Below are positions 8,735 to 18,294 of a stretch of 64,000 nucleotides of DNA, in pieces; position 1 is the stretch's first letter, and the number at the start of each line of letters is the position of its first letter. Both the position numbers and the translations under genes were made by a program. A model generated the notes under the pieces. It saw only the letters and a program-made list of their open reading frames with translations, did not search any database and had not been told where the DNA came from. Source of the DNA: Gammaproteobacteria bacterium (GTDB taxonomy: Bacteria > Pseudomonadota > Gammaproteobacteria > Eutrophobiales > Eutrophobiaceae); assembly GCA_965243205.1 (NCBI GenBank), contig CBDEUK010000002.1, positions 384,001 to 448,000 of the forward strand. The letters run 5' to 3'.

Positions 8735-9988
8735 ATGTCTGAGCATTTTATTCCTTGTAATCGTTCTAAATTAATTCAACTTTGTACTGCCCAGCTAGAA
8801 CAAAAAAACTTAGAACACAAATCGTTTTATGAGCTTTGCCAAATTTTATTGGCGTACTTGCATCATACAGAACAATCTAATTTAGAAGATTTGAAAAATT
8901 CTTATTCGGTCTTTGATCCAGATCTCGAAACAGAACCTCAATCACTCATTAATCATGAAAAAGTGATAGATGTTATTAGTGGTACATTGAAAAAAGCGAA
9001 TTATAAAGAACTATCTAAACAATCTGTGCATGATTCATTGAACGGCTCATCGCTTATCCCAGTACAAACTGCTGTCGATTTTAACGAATATGATGACTAC
9101 CGATTTTTCTATCGTGATAAAACACAAAAAACATTAACCCTAAAGAAATGGTTTTCAAATAAAACAATAGAATTTATGAACTATGGTCGCATGGTCGTTT
9201 TGTTGAAAACTAACTCAAATATTGAATCGACAAAAGATAAAAAAGAAATATTTAAGGCTGATCGCTTGTATTTATATTTGTATAAAAATATTCCCCACGA
9301 TGATTTAGAAATGTTGTTTCCTAATTTAAAAGTGAGCATGACATTAAAAGATCGATTGTTTCTCATTGTTCCTGCTTTAGGTGCAGCAATACCGTTAATA
9401 TTAAAAGTGTTGCCTAGCTTAGCATTACTAATTGGAGCAATTATGTTTTTTTCATTTGGTTCGGATCTTGGAACAGGATTCCATTTTGATGAACAAAGTA
9501 ATGCTTCTATATACGCAGTATTAACCGCTGTTCTATCAGTTGGTTTAGCTCTAGGAGGATTCGCGGCACAACAATATGTAAAGTACAAAAGTAAACGACT
9601 AAGTTTTTTAAAACAAGTCGCCGATACATTGTTTTTTAAATGCTTGGATACAGGTTCTGGTGTGATTCATAAAGTTGTGGATGAAGCAGAAGAAGAACTC
9701 TGCAAAGAAATGGTGCTTGTAATATTTATCTTAACTCAAAACAAACAAGGTTTAACCGAAAAAGAAATCGATAATAAGATTGAAGAATGGTTAGAAAATA
9801 ATCTAAATATGAAAATGGATTTTCATGTAAAAAAAGCTTTAGATTCTCTTCAGAAAATAAATTCTATGGATGAAAATAATTCAATGATCTATCAAGCCAA
9901 AAATGGTGTTTATCAAATAAAATCATTGGATGACTGCAAAATTATCTTAGATCAAATTTGGGATAATCTATTTCAATATAATAATTAA
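8735..9988 (+). CDS. DUF3754/TMEM143-like membrane protein
   Basis: EHFIP start, YKNIPxxDLEMLFPN, two TM helices, LFFK...EAEEE.CKE pattern. Confidence 0.7.
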   Translation: MSEHFIPCNRSKLIQLCTAQLEQKNLEHKSFYELCQILLAYLHHTEQSNLEDLKNSYSVFDPDLETEPQSLINHEKVIDVISGTLKKANYKELSKQSVHDSLNGSSLIPVQTAVDFNEYDDYRFFYRDKTQKTLTLKKWFSNKTIEFMNYGRMVVLLKTNSNIESTKDKKEIFKADRLYLYLYKNIPHDDLEMLFPNLKVSMTLKDRLFLIVPALGAAIPLILKVLPSLALLIGAIMFFSFGSDLGTGFHFDEQSNASIYAVLTAVLSVGLALGGFAAQQYVKYKSKRLSFLKQVADTLFFKCLDTGSGVIHKVVDEAEEELCKEMVLVIFILTQNKQGLTEKEIDNKIEEWLENNLNMKMDFHVKKALDSLQKINSMDENNSMIYQAKNGVYQIKSLDDCKIILDQIWDNLFQYNN

Positions 9989-10050
9989 TATACTTGCCAT
10001 AAATAAAGGAAGAATATAAAAGATTTCGTAATTAATCGTTACAAAAAATT

Positions 10051-10126
10051 TGGAGCGGGAAACGAGATTCGAACTCGCGACCCCAACCTTGGCAAGGTTG
10101 TGCTCTACCAGCTGAGCTATTCCCGC
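10051..10126 (-). tRNA. glyW: tRNA-Gly(GCC)
   Basis: GCGGGAATAGCTCAGCTGGTAGAGCACAACCTTGCCAAGGTTG...GTTCGAATC...CTCCA; directly downstream of pgsA. Confidence 0.97.
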
Positions 10127-10167
10127 GTTTGAAGGCAATTTTCAGCCTAGAACTGAAAAGAACGGCT

Positions 10168-10195
10168 ATTGTAGCGGCGAGTTTGCGACTGTCAA
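10168..10195 (-). promoter_or_regulatory. Sigma70 promoter for tRNA-Gly
   Basis: TTGACA-N16-TACAAT on the minus strand. Confidence 0.7.
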
Positions 10196-10200
10196 CCTCT

Positions 10201-10752
10201 CTATTCTTTTAATTTCGGCCATGCCGAAACCCAGTATTGCCACATCGAAATCAATGTAAGAATTGTTGCTATATATAAGGCAATAAAGGCAATTTTCAGG
10301 ATTGGAATTCCAAAAACTGGCTCATGAATAATAAATAGAATAAGCGCGATCATTTGTGCAACGGTTTTTATTTTGCCATAGATTGATACGGCGACCTTGC
10401 TTCTTGCCCCTAATTCGGCCATCCACTCTCGAAGGGCGGATACAGTAATTTCCCGGCCTATAATCACTGCCGCAGGTAGGGATAGCCAGATACTTGGATA
10501 TCGCTCGACTAATAACACAAGAACAACTGCTATCATTAATTTATCCGCTACAGGATCTAAAAACGCGCCTAATTTTGAGGTCTGTTCCAGTTTTCTGGCT
10601 AAATAGCCATCTAACCAATCAGTAATTGCTGCAATGATGAATATTCCACAAGCTACCCAGTTCGCCCAAGTAACTGGCAGATAAAATATCACTACAAATA
10701 CTGGGATAAGTGCGATTCTAAATAGCGTTAATGAATTGGGAATATTAATCAT
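10201..10752 (-). CDS. pgsA: CDP-diacylglycerol--glycerol-3-phosphate 3-phosphatidyltransferase
   Basis: NIPNSLTLFR, DWLDGYLAR, GAFLDPVADK, GREITVSALRE; overlaps the uvrC stop. Confidence 0.95.
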   Translation of the reverse strand: MINIPNSLTLFRIALIPVFVVIFYLPVTWANWVACGIFIIAAITDWLDGYLARKLEQTSKLGAFLDPVADKLMIAVVLVLLVERYPSIWLSLPAAVIIGREITVSALREWMAELGARSKVAVSIYGKIKTVAQMIALILFIIHEPVFGIPILKIAFIALYIATILTLISMWQYWVSAWPKLKE

Positions 10753-12580
10753 GCAATGTATCGTATATTTTTTGAGCAAGTTGTTTATTAATGCCTGGCA
10801 CTAACGCTAAATCATCAACGCCAGCCTTTACAATTCCCTGAAATCCACCGAAATACTTTATGAGTTCTTGTTTGCGTTTTGCACCTACACCACTAATTTC
10901 ATCCAACGGAGAACTGGTTGCTTTTTTCTTTCGTTGTAAACGATGACCAGTAATTGCAAATCGATGTGCTTCATCGCGAATTTGCTGAATCAAATGCAAA
11001 GCTGGTGAGCCAGCTGGTAGTTGTACTGTAACACGATCATGCGTAATGATTAATTTTTCTTGGCCAGCCTTACGATCAGGGCCTTTGGAAACACCAATGA
11101 TAGGAATATGTTCCAACTGTAATTCACGCAACACAGTTAATGCTCTACCCGTTTGTCCTTTGCCGCCATCGATTAAAATTAAATCAGGCATTACCGCTTC
11201 TTCCTTTTGCAAACGACTATATCGACGAGTTAATACTTGTTCCATTGCCGCATAATCATCTCCTGCTTGAATGTTTTTGATATTAAATTTTCGATAGTCA
11301 CTGTTTAACATTCCATTGTTACCATACACCACACATGAACCAACAGTTTCGCTTCCTTGATGATGACTGATATCAAAACATTCTATACGTTCGATTGGAT
11401 CGTCAAATTTAAAAGCCTCTTGTAATGCTTCTAAGCGTTTAACCTGATTTTCTTGGCTGTTTAATTTTGCATTTAATGCCAACTTTGTATTTTGAATGGC
11501 TAAGTTGAGCCATTTCAGTTTCTCACCGCGTTGTTGCTGCTTAATGTCAACTTTACGATTATTTTGTTGAGTTAATACTTCGCTTAATATTGAATGATCA
11601 TCTGGCAAATGACTGACAATAACTTCTTTAGGGACTTGTTTATTAGCTTGCCGTTCTAAGTAATATTGCGCTAAAAACGCACTAAGCACATCTTGTTCTG
11701 TTGAGTTCTTTGTATGTTTTGGAAAAAATGTTTTATTACCTAAATTTAAATTAGAACGTAAAAAATAAATCTGTACACAAGCAACAGAGTCTTTTATTTG
11801 ACAAGCGATCACGTCAACATCTTCTTTGATTTTGCTGCTGACTTGTTGATCTTGTAAAGCTCTTAAACTACTGATTTGATCACGGAAATGCGCAGCTCGT
11901 TCAAAATCTAATCTATCCGATGCTTCTTGCATAGGTGTATAAAGCGATTCGATAATTTTTTCACTATTACCTTCTAAAAACATCACAGCGTTATTAATGT
12001 CGTTTCGATAATCTTCTTCACTGATTAAGTCTACACATGGCGCAGTGCAACGCTTAATTTGATATTGAAGACAAGGTCTGGTGCGATTACTAAAAACACT
12101 ATCTTCACAAGAACGAATTAGAAATATTTTTTGGATTAGATTGAGAGTTCTTCTAACGGCAGTGGAATTTGGGAATGGCCCAAAGTATTTACCCTTACCT
12201 TTTTGCGCGCCTCTATGAAAATGTAAACGTGGAAATTTTTTATCGCTAGATAAATAAATATAAGGATAGGTTTTGTCATCTCGAAGCAGGATATTGTATC
12301 TAGGTTTGTATTCTTTAATTAAATTATTTTCAAGTATTAGTGCTTCTGCTTCGTTACGAGTAATAGTAATTTCAACATTTGCCGTTTGCTTCATTAATAC
12401 TTGTGTTTTGACAGATTGAGAATTAATCGAATTAAAATATGAGCTCACTCTATTATGTAAATTATTCGCTTTGCCGACATACAGGATAGTTCCTGATTCA
12501 TCGAGCATGCGATAAACACCTGGTTTGGTGGTTAAGTTTTGTAAAAACTCTTTGGGATCTTTAAATTCGTTTAGATTCAT
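10745..12580 (-). CDS. uvrC: Excinuclease ABC subunit C
   Basis: GIY-YIG (PGVYRM..YVGKA), ECFDISH, LIDGGKGQ, IRDEAHRFAI, C-terminal HhH. Confidence 0.97.
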   Translation of the reverse strand: MNLNEFKDPKEFLQNLTTKPGVYRMLDESGTILYVGKANNLHNRVSSYFNSINSQSVKTQVLMKQTANVEITITRNEAEALILENNLIKEYKPRYNILLRDDKTYPYIYLSSDKKFPRLHFHRGAQKGKGKYFGPFPNSTAVRRTLNLIQKIFLIRSCEDSVFSNRTRPCLQYQIKRCTAPCVDLISEEDYRNDINNAVMFLEGNSEKIIESLYTPMQEASDRLDFERAAHFRDQISSLRALQDQQVSSKIKEDVDVIACQIKDSVACVQIYFLRSNLNLGNKTFFPKHTKNSTEQDVLSAFLAQYYLERQANKQVPKEVIVSHLPDDHSILSEVLTQQNNRKVDIKQQQRGEKLKWLNLAIQNTKLALNAKLNSQENQVKRLEALQEAFKFDDPIERIECFDISHHQGSETVGSCVVYGNNGMLNSDYRKFNIKNIQAGDDYAAMEQVLTRRYSRLQKEEAVMPDLILIDGGKGQTGRALTVLRELQLEHIPIIGVSKGPDRKAGQEKLIITHDRVTVQLPAGSPALHLIQQIRDEAHRFAITGHRLQRKKKATSSPLDEISGVGAKRKQELIKYFGGFQGIVKAGVDDLALVPGINKQLAQKIYDTLHD

Positions 12581-12647
12581 AATTTGATAGGGTAATTATT
12601 TGATTACTCTATCAAAGATTTACACGGTTGGCAGTAGAGATAATTAC

Positions 12648-12676
12648 AAAAAAAGCCGAAACGAAATGTTTCGGCT
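12648..12676 (-). terminator. Intrinsic terminator of the 12711-13043 gene
   Basis: AGCCGAAAC/GTTTCGGCT stem followed by a T-run on the minus strand. Confidence 0.75.
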
Positions 12677-12710
12677 AATGATGTATTTAGAAGGAAAACT
12701 TAATAAATGA

Positions 12711-13043
12711 TTATTTAATATGATTCATTTTCATACGACGTGGAGTTGCTACAAATTTATCTTCTTTTTGAGTTTCAAATTGTGCCAAATCTACAACTCT
12801 AACGGTTTCAGTGTTACGCGTATAAGGTGGCTTGCCACGGAAATCTACGTTATTCACAACGATTTCTTTTTGGGTTTCAAATTGCGCTAAATCAACGTTT
12901 CTAACAGAATCCTTACTGCGTTGATAAGGTGGTTTGCCAGAAAAATCAGTGGTCCAAACAGTCGTTGTTTGATCTTCCGCACTTACATTAGCGAATAAGC
13001 TCATACCTAAACTGACCATTAATAATTGTGAAAAACGTTTCAT
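12711..13043 (-). CDS. Small exported protein with two internal repeats
   Basis: AGGAGA RBS before ATG 13043; signal peptide ending VSA; two copies of DF(S/R)GKPPYxR...VDLAQFETQKE. Confidence 0.8.
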   Translation of the reverse strand: MKRFSQLLMVSLGMSLFANVSAEDQTTTVWTTDFSGKPPYQRSKDSVRNVDLAQFETQKEIVVNNVDFRGKPPYTRNTETVRVVDLAQFETQKEDKFVATPRRMKMNHIK

Positions 13044-13143
13044 TTCGTTATCTCCTATTGGATGTTTGTGGGATTTCAATATTTTCATTGATAGTAATTT
13101 TAATTTTAATAACGCGCGCTAATGACATAATTTCAGAAAATAT

Positions 13144-13164
13144 GTGATAAAAAATATCTATCAC
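13144..13164. promoter_or_regulatory. Palindromic LysR/OxyR-like operator
   Basis: GTGATA-N9-TATCAC containing ATAA-N7-CTAT (OxyR-type ATAG-N7-CTAT with one mismatch). Confidence 0.45.
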
Positions 13165-13200
13165 CTATTGTAAAAAATTACGTATTTTTAATGTACAAAA

Positions 13201-13331
13201 TGCATTGCTTTGGTGCGTTTTTTAAGCTCGATGTTAGAAATGCACTATATATGTGCAATACGCTTTTATTATGTTTTGTATCTTATTGATTTTATTAGAT
13301 AAAAATTGGTAGGTATTGGTCTGTTTCGTGC
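13201..13331 (+). promoter_or_regulatory. Two NtrC-like enhancer sites, an IHF-like site and a sigma54 -24/-12 element
   Basis: TGCAT-N7-GTGCG (13201-13217); TGCAC-N7-GTGCA (13241-13257); AATCAAtaagATA on the minus strand near 13279-13291; TGG-N10-GC (13317-13331). Confidence 0.5.
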
Positions 13332-13365
13332 CATTTATAGTTTAAATAAATTGGCAGACTGTTTT

Positions 13366-13884
13366 ATGAAAATATTTCAAAATCTAAGATTACATCGGCT
13401 TAATCTATTACTGATAATTTTTAGCCTGTGTACGATAGTTCAGGCAGAAGAAGTAACGAAAAATATAATCGAGCTTCACCCATCTTCAAGTGGTACATAC
13501 ACTATCTCAGGTCAAATGGCTCCTGCAGTAAAAAGTGAATTTCTACTCGATACTGGAGCGACTATGGTGATGATTAGTAACAAGCTGTTTAAAGAGATCA
13601 GTAAACATCAGAAAACTACATCAACTGGCAAAGTTGCTGCCAGCATGGCAAATGGAAAAGTAAAAACCATTCCTACTTACTCTATACCTTCTTTAGTATT
13701 AGGCAATGGTTGTGAAGTTGGCCCAGTTGAAGTCGCTGTTGTTAGAGGCGCAAGCAGAAATTTAATTGGATTAAATGCTTTATCTAAATTAGGCGCTATG
13801 ACATTGGACATTCAACATGCCACATTATCAACAACAGAATGTCCCAAAACATTATTAACGGCTCAAAGTGTTGTAGTAAATTAG
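13366..13884 (+). CDS. Retropepsin-like (clan AA) aspartyl protease, probably exported
   Basis: FLLDTGAT catalytic motif, MANG, NLIGLNAL; N-terminal signal/TM segment. Confidence 0.85.
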   Translation: MKIFQNLRLHRLNLLLIIFSLCTIVQAEEVTKNIIELHPSSSGTYTISGQMAPAVKSEFLLDTGATMVMISNKLFKEISKHQKTTSTGKVAASMANGKVKTIPTYSIPSLVLGNGCEVGPVEVAVVRGASRNLIGLNALSKLGAMTLDIQHATLSTTECPKTLLTAQSVVVN

Positions 13885-14825
13885 ATAGCGTTTATCAAAT
13901 TGCCAACGTGTTTATGAACTAATTTTTTTAAATTGGCAGAGAATTGTTTAAAGAAATGATTTGATGGTGAACCTTTACGCCAAGCTACCCCATGAATTCT
14001 TTCCATTGACTCACCTTCGATTGTAACAACACGTAACAAACTATCACTGTCTATCTCTGAAGCTATATAGAGTGAGGGTAAAAAAGAGACCCCCATACCC
14101 AATAAAACCATTTGGCGTATACCATCAAGGCTTGTGCCGCCATATTCACGTTTTAAATTCATATCAAGTTTTTCACTTAATAATTTCACTTGTCGATAAT
14201 AATGATGTTGTTCTTCATAGATTAATACATCTGCTCCTTTTAAGGATTGTTTATCAATCGCATTATTATCATTATCTAAATTAGGATGGTCATAACGAGT
14301 AATTAATGACATAGGCTCACGAAATAACGGTACAACATTCAGTTTTTTTTCATTAATTGGTAAAGGACATAAAACTAAATCGTAATGCCCATTAATCAAG
14401 CCATCTTCAAGAATTTTTGGAGTTGCTTCTCGAATATGCAGTTGTAGCTTTGAATATCTAAGATGTATATCGGGTAATATATGTGGTAACAAATATGGTC
14501 CTAATGTAGCTGGTATACCTAATCGAAAACTACCAGAGGTTCCAAGTTCTTCATGGTTTGCTAAATCATGTAATTGATTAACCTGTTCAATGATGTTTTT
14601 TGTTGGCGCTAACATTCGATTGCCTATAGAACTTAAAATTGAACCTGAGCGCCCTCTTTCAAATAAAGTTAATCCTAAACTATTTTCCAACGAAGCTATT
14701 TGAGAAGTTAAAGTAGGTTGAGTAATATTTAATTTCTCTGCAGCTTTTCTAAAGCTACCAGTTTCCGCAATCGCGAGAAAATATTCTAATTGTTTTAATG
14801 TTGGCTTGGTGCGTTCTTCTCTCAA
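13881..14825 (-). CDS. LysR-family regulator, OxyR-like paralogue
   Basis: PTLKQLEYF..SFRKAA..TQPTL HTH; IPATLGPYLLP; GTSLDGIRQMV; the OxyR GHC(L/F)R redox cysteine motif is not present (QHHYYR). Confidence 0.85.
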   Translation of the reverse strand: MREERTKPTLKQLEYFLAIAETGSFRKAAEKLNITQPTLTSQIASLENSLGLTLFERGRSGSILSSIGNRMLAPTKNIIEQVNQLHDLANHEELGTSGSFRLGIPATLGPYLLPHILPDIHLRYSKLQLHIREATPKILEDGLINGHYDLVLCPLPINEKKLNVVPLFREPMSLITRYDHPNLDNDNNAIDKQSLKGADVLIYEEQHHYYRQVKLLSEKLDMNLKREYGGTSLDGIRQMVLLGMGVSFLPSLYIASEIDSDSLLRVVTIEGESMERIHGVAWRKGSPSNHFFKQFSANLKKLVHKHVGNLINAI

Positions 14826-14842
14826 AACAAAACCTTTATTTC

Positions 14843-15481
14843 TTAATGTTTGATCTCATTTTTGATAGTGGCAAATACCTCTTGAAACATTTTTTCTGTA
14901 AGTCTACGAGTTTGAGTGTTATAACGACTGCAATGATAAGAGTCAATTAAGGTAGTTTCATCTAAGATATTATGTTTTGCATGATGTGAAAATTTATAAG
15001 ATGACAATTTTAAATCTAACGATTTTAACACTGCATCATGAGCGATCTTACCTAGAGCTAAAATAACTTTAGGTTTTATTTTATGTATTTCATTACGTAA
15101 ATATTGATTGCAGATTTTAATTTCATCGCTAGTCGGTTTGTTTTCAGGAGGCAAGCATTTAACAGCATTGGTAATTCGGCAATTGATAAGCTTTAAACCA
15201 TCTTTTATATGACAAGATTCTGCTTGATTGGAAAAACCAAATTTATGCAATGTTTCATAAAGAAGTATTCCTGCATAATCACCCGTGAAAGGTCTTCCTG
15301 TCGCATTTGCTCCATGCATACCTGGAGCTAAACCTACAATCAGCAACTCTGAATTTAAGTTGCCAAAAGGAGCAACTGGTTTAGCGTGATAATCAGGATG
15401 TTTGGTTTTCACTTCCGTTAAAAACGTTGATAAACGCTCACATTGAGTGCATTCCAAATCAAATACAGCATTATTTTTCAT
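14843..15481 (-). CDS. Uracil-DNA glycosylase, family 5-like (Fe-S cysteines)
   Basis: CTQC, VGLAPGMHGAN.TGRPFTGD, NAVKCLPP.NKP, SYHCSRYNTQT. Confidence 0.88.
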   Translation of the reverse strand: MKNNAVFDLECTQCERLSTFLTEVKTKHPDYHAKPVAPFGNLNSELLIVGLAPGMHGANATGRPFTGDYAGILLYETLHKFGFSNQAESCHIKDGLKLINCRITNAVKCLPPENKPTSDEIKICNQYLRNEIHKIKPKVILALGKIAHDAVLKSLDLKLSSYKFSHHAKHNILDETTLIDSYHCSRYNTQTRRLTEKMFQEVFATIKNEIKH

Positions 15482-15495
15482 AAGAATATTTTACT

Positions 15496-16590
15496 TTACC
15501 AAATTAAATTTGTCGGCACTTCAGTAGCATTTTTTTGATGTCTATAATCAGAACTTGCTTTATAGACGGCTTTGCGAATTCGATTGAGCTCACCTATTGG
15601 TCGGTGTTCTGGTAAGGCATTCCATGGTGAAAATGAAAGGTTTTCACAAAAACGTTGTTGCTCAGGCGTATCAAATATTTGTTTTGGAATAATAATTTTA
15701 GCAACCGATATAAAAGGCGAATCGTTTTCATCCCATAATACACTGGGGTCTTCTATCGGCATTCTCTTATTTGGGTCTTGTTTTTGTATCATAAAATTAA
15801 AGCAAGCATCAGAATTTTCTAATTTTTCTGACATTTCATTACGTAAAAAATGTTTGTCCATTTGGTCTGCTTTGATTCTGTTTAATGAGCCGTTACAAGA
15901 TTTTGCTGTAAATTTAATATTATGAGGACCAAGTTTATAAGCAGTGTTACTAAAATACTGATTATCTAAAAGACTTTCTGGAGGATGTTTCAAAGTAGCA
16001 AGCCCATGTTTTAACCCTCGTAGCTTCCAATTGAATGGATTAGGATCAGAAATAAAATATAAAACTTTATTCGAGCTTTCAGTAAATTGATTATAGTCTT
16101 CCATGTTAGCTGTAAAAAATACGGGGCTATCATGCATTAAAAAATCTTGATATTCGGGTGCATTAGCTTTTTGCATAATTCCTTGCTCAAAGATATTGAC
16201 TAATTTTACCGCCATGCCTCGTGCATCTTTATTGTAATCATAATTTCCTTTTACTCTAGAAGCACCATTAGAAAACCGTATCCAGCTTTTATATTCGTTA
16301 TCAGGATATTTTAAAATACCATGTCGTAAATCTTTTGCTATATCTTCATTCACTTTGAAATAAGCTTTAACACAGGCATGCCCTTTTGAATGTGCACCAC
16401 GTGCTATGTAATCGCCTTTATTGTTTTCAACAATGTTCAAAAAATTATCAACCGAACGTTGTATCTGTTCAGTTTCATCATCTCGGAATATTTCTTCAGT
16501 TGTTACCTGAATAGGTTTGTTAAAATGATAGGCTATAAATAATCCTATTAAAAAACAAAATAAAACAGAAAGTTTTAGAAAAGACTTCAT
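15496..16590 (-). CDS. Small catalase-fold haem protein with N-terminal signal/anchor
   Basis: RGAHSKGH (distal His), RFSN, DARGMAVK, FSPW, RKAVY (proximal Tyr); 364 aa, shorter than typical catalases. Confidence 0.8.
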   Translation of the reverse strand: MKSFLKLSVLFCFLIGLFIAYHFNKPIQVTTEEIFRDDETEQIQRSVDNFLNIVENNKGDYIARGAHSKGHACVKAYFKVNEDIAKDLRHGILKYPDNEYKSWIRFSNGASRVKGNYDYNKDARGMAVKLVNIFEQGIMQKANAPEYQDFLMHDSPVFFTANMEDYNQFTESSNKVLYFISDPNPFNWKLRGLKHGLATLKHPPESLLDNQYFSNTAYKLGPHNIKFTAKSCNGSLNRIKADQMDKHFLRNEMSEKLENSDACFNFMIQKQDPNKRMPIEDPSVLWDENDSPFISVAKIIIPKQIFDTPEQQRFCENLSFSPWNALPEHRPIGELNRIRKAVYKASSDYRHQKNATEVPTNLIW

Positions 16591-16592
16591 AC

Positions 16593-18287
16593 TTATAATG
16601 TTTTCATATATTCAATAACTGACCAGATTTCATTATCTGATAGTTTAGGAAGCCCATCTTTCCCTGTACCGTATTCATGACCTGAATTGCTATTTCCTTT
16701 TAAGTTTGTGTCGAAGAAAAATGATCCTTCACGTTTTTCTGAAACATAACCGACGTTAGTAGGATCAAATTCCCATGCGCCTATATAAAACGTTTTTGAT
16801 CGTGCTTCTGCAGGCAACATTAATTCATATAAATTTGGCACAGAACCATTATGTAAATAAGGCGCGGCAGTCCAAATTCCATTTAAAGGTCTGGCTTTAT
16901 AGGCTAACAATGCTTTTTCAGAACTTTCTTGGCCTCTTTCAATGATTTTACCATCCACATATTTAGGTTGACGAAAATCATCTGAATGGCCTAATTTTTT
17001 TGCATCACGTTTAGCTAATAAACTCTGTATGGGCTTATTGGTTAAAACACCTCCCATAATGTTATTCACTATGTAGATAGCAAAATCTTCTGTTTGTAAA
17101 GCTGGCCCAGCTTTGTAAAAACGAGGTTTGCCTGAAAAAATACCACTCTTGCCACGGAGTTTAATGGCGTTTTTAGCCATTAATGGATCGGTGCCAATGT
17201 AATCTAAAGTACTCATGCGTACTTTGATATATCGATCGGGATCATCTCGTTCCATATCCAAATGACAACTAGAGCAATAGGTTTTATAAAGTTCCCTGCC
17301 CTGCTTCGCTTTAGTCTGATCTATTTTAGGAAATATTTCTGGCCATAAAGGTGAATGAAGTTCAGCTACTTTCATTTCAATTTTTCTTAATGAATCAGCC
17401 TGTATAGAAGAGTTATAACCACCATCAAAGAAAAATAGAAATTTAGATGGCTTAGTTTCAACTTGACCAAATACTCCTATTACTTCTCCTATGTTTCTTG
17501 CTAATGCTCCAACACTTGAATTGGATTGTGAACCATTCCATTCTACATAATCATGTTGTGGTGTATCCCATATATAAGGATAACTGGTCGGAGCATCCGC
17601 CATGTTAAAATTATTTTTTTCTTCTGTTAATAACAATCCTTTGTTTAAGATGTTTCCGAAAGCATCTAATCTTGAATAACCATACATTTGATTAGAATGA
17701 TTACGTATATTATGTTGTTTGCGTTCTTCTAGTATTTCTGTGAACTGTTTTTTTAATGTTTCTTGTTTTGTTTTAGAAATATTTGTTCCTAAAATACGTT
17801 TTTCTAATCTAGAATACTTATCATCTGATTTGGCTGTTGCGTCTAAGGCGGATTCTAAATCCATAAGAAACATTGGCAGGTCCATCATTGCTTGCCCGCC
17901 GTCAATATGAATAAATTGATTTTTATATTTAATTTGTTGGGTATGGCAAGCAGCGCAAGTCAACCCTAAATAGTTATCAGCTTTAGTAAAACCAATCGGT
18001 AAATTATCAGGGTTATATTTTGATGGAAGAAAACCATATTTCATCATATTTAATGGATCATGAAATAAAGATTCAGATTCAGCTTGTTCAAGGTTTATAA
18101 AAATTTCATAAGGAATTAATCTTGATCCTTGATCCACTGTATAAAACCATTCTCGATCTGTTTCAGTCCAATTTTGTTCTAGATAAATAATCTTATTTAA
18201 ATCTAATGCAATTTTATCTTGTAATTCATTTGCATGGACAAACGATATTAAAAGTAACAAAATAATAAATGATAAAGTGATTTTCAT
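16593..18287 (-). CDS. Exported di-haem cytochrome c of the RoxA/MauG/CCP superfamily
   Basis: Signal peptide; CAACH and CSSCH; YKARPLNGIWTAAPYLHNGSVPNLYEL; GNSNSGHEYG. Confidence 0.85.
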   Translation of the reverse strand: MKITLSFIILLLLISFVHANELQDKIALDLNKIIYLEQNWTETDREWFYTVDQGSRLIPYEIFINLEQAESESLFHDPLNMMKYGFLPSKYNPDNLPIGFTKADNYLGLTCAACHTQQIKYKNQFIHIDGGQAMMDLPMFLMDLESALDATAKSDDKYSRLEKRILGTNISKTKQETLKKQFTEILEERKQHNIRNHSNQMYGYSRLDAFGNILNKGLLLTEEKNNFNMADAPTSYPYIWDTPQHDYVEWNGSQSNSSVGALARNIGEVIGVFGQVETKPSKFLFFFDGGYNSSIQADSLRKIEMKVAELHSPLWPEIFPKIDQTKAKQGRELYKTYCSSCHLDMERDDPDRYIKVRMSTLDYIGTDPLMAKNAIKLRGKSGIFSGKPRFYKAGPALQTEDFAIYIVNNIMGGVLTNKPIQSLLAKRDAKKLGHSDDFRQPKYVDGKIIERGQESSEKALLAYKARPLNGIWTAAPYLHNGSVPNLYELMLPAEARSKTFYIGAWEFDPTNVGYVSEKREGSFFFDTNLKGNSNSGHEYGTGKDGLPKLSDNEIWSVIEYMKTL

Positions 18288-18294
18288 GTTTCTA

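Noticed and set aside
12760-12950. DNA-level direct repeats suggesting a CRISPR or non-coding array
   Set aside because: There are only two copies, and the differences are consistent with codon variation in a protein repeat.
13881-14825. Calling this gene oxyR
   Set aside because: The peroxidatic cysteine motif is absent, so only family-level similarity is supported.
16593-18287. Calling this gene roxA (rubber oxygenase)
   Set aside because: It shares superfamily motifs only, and nothing in the sequence indicates the substrate.
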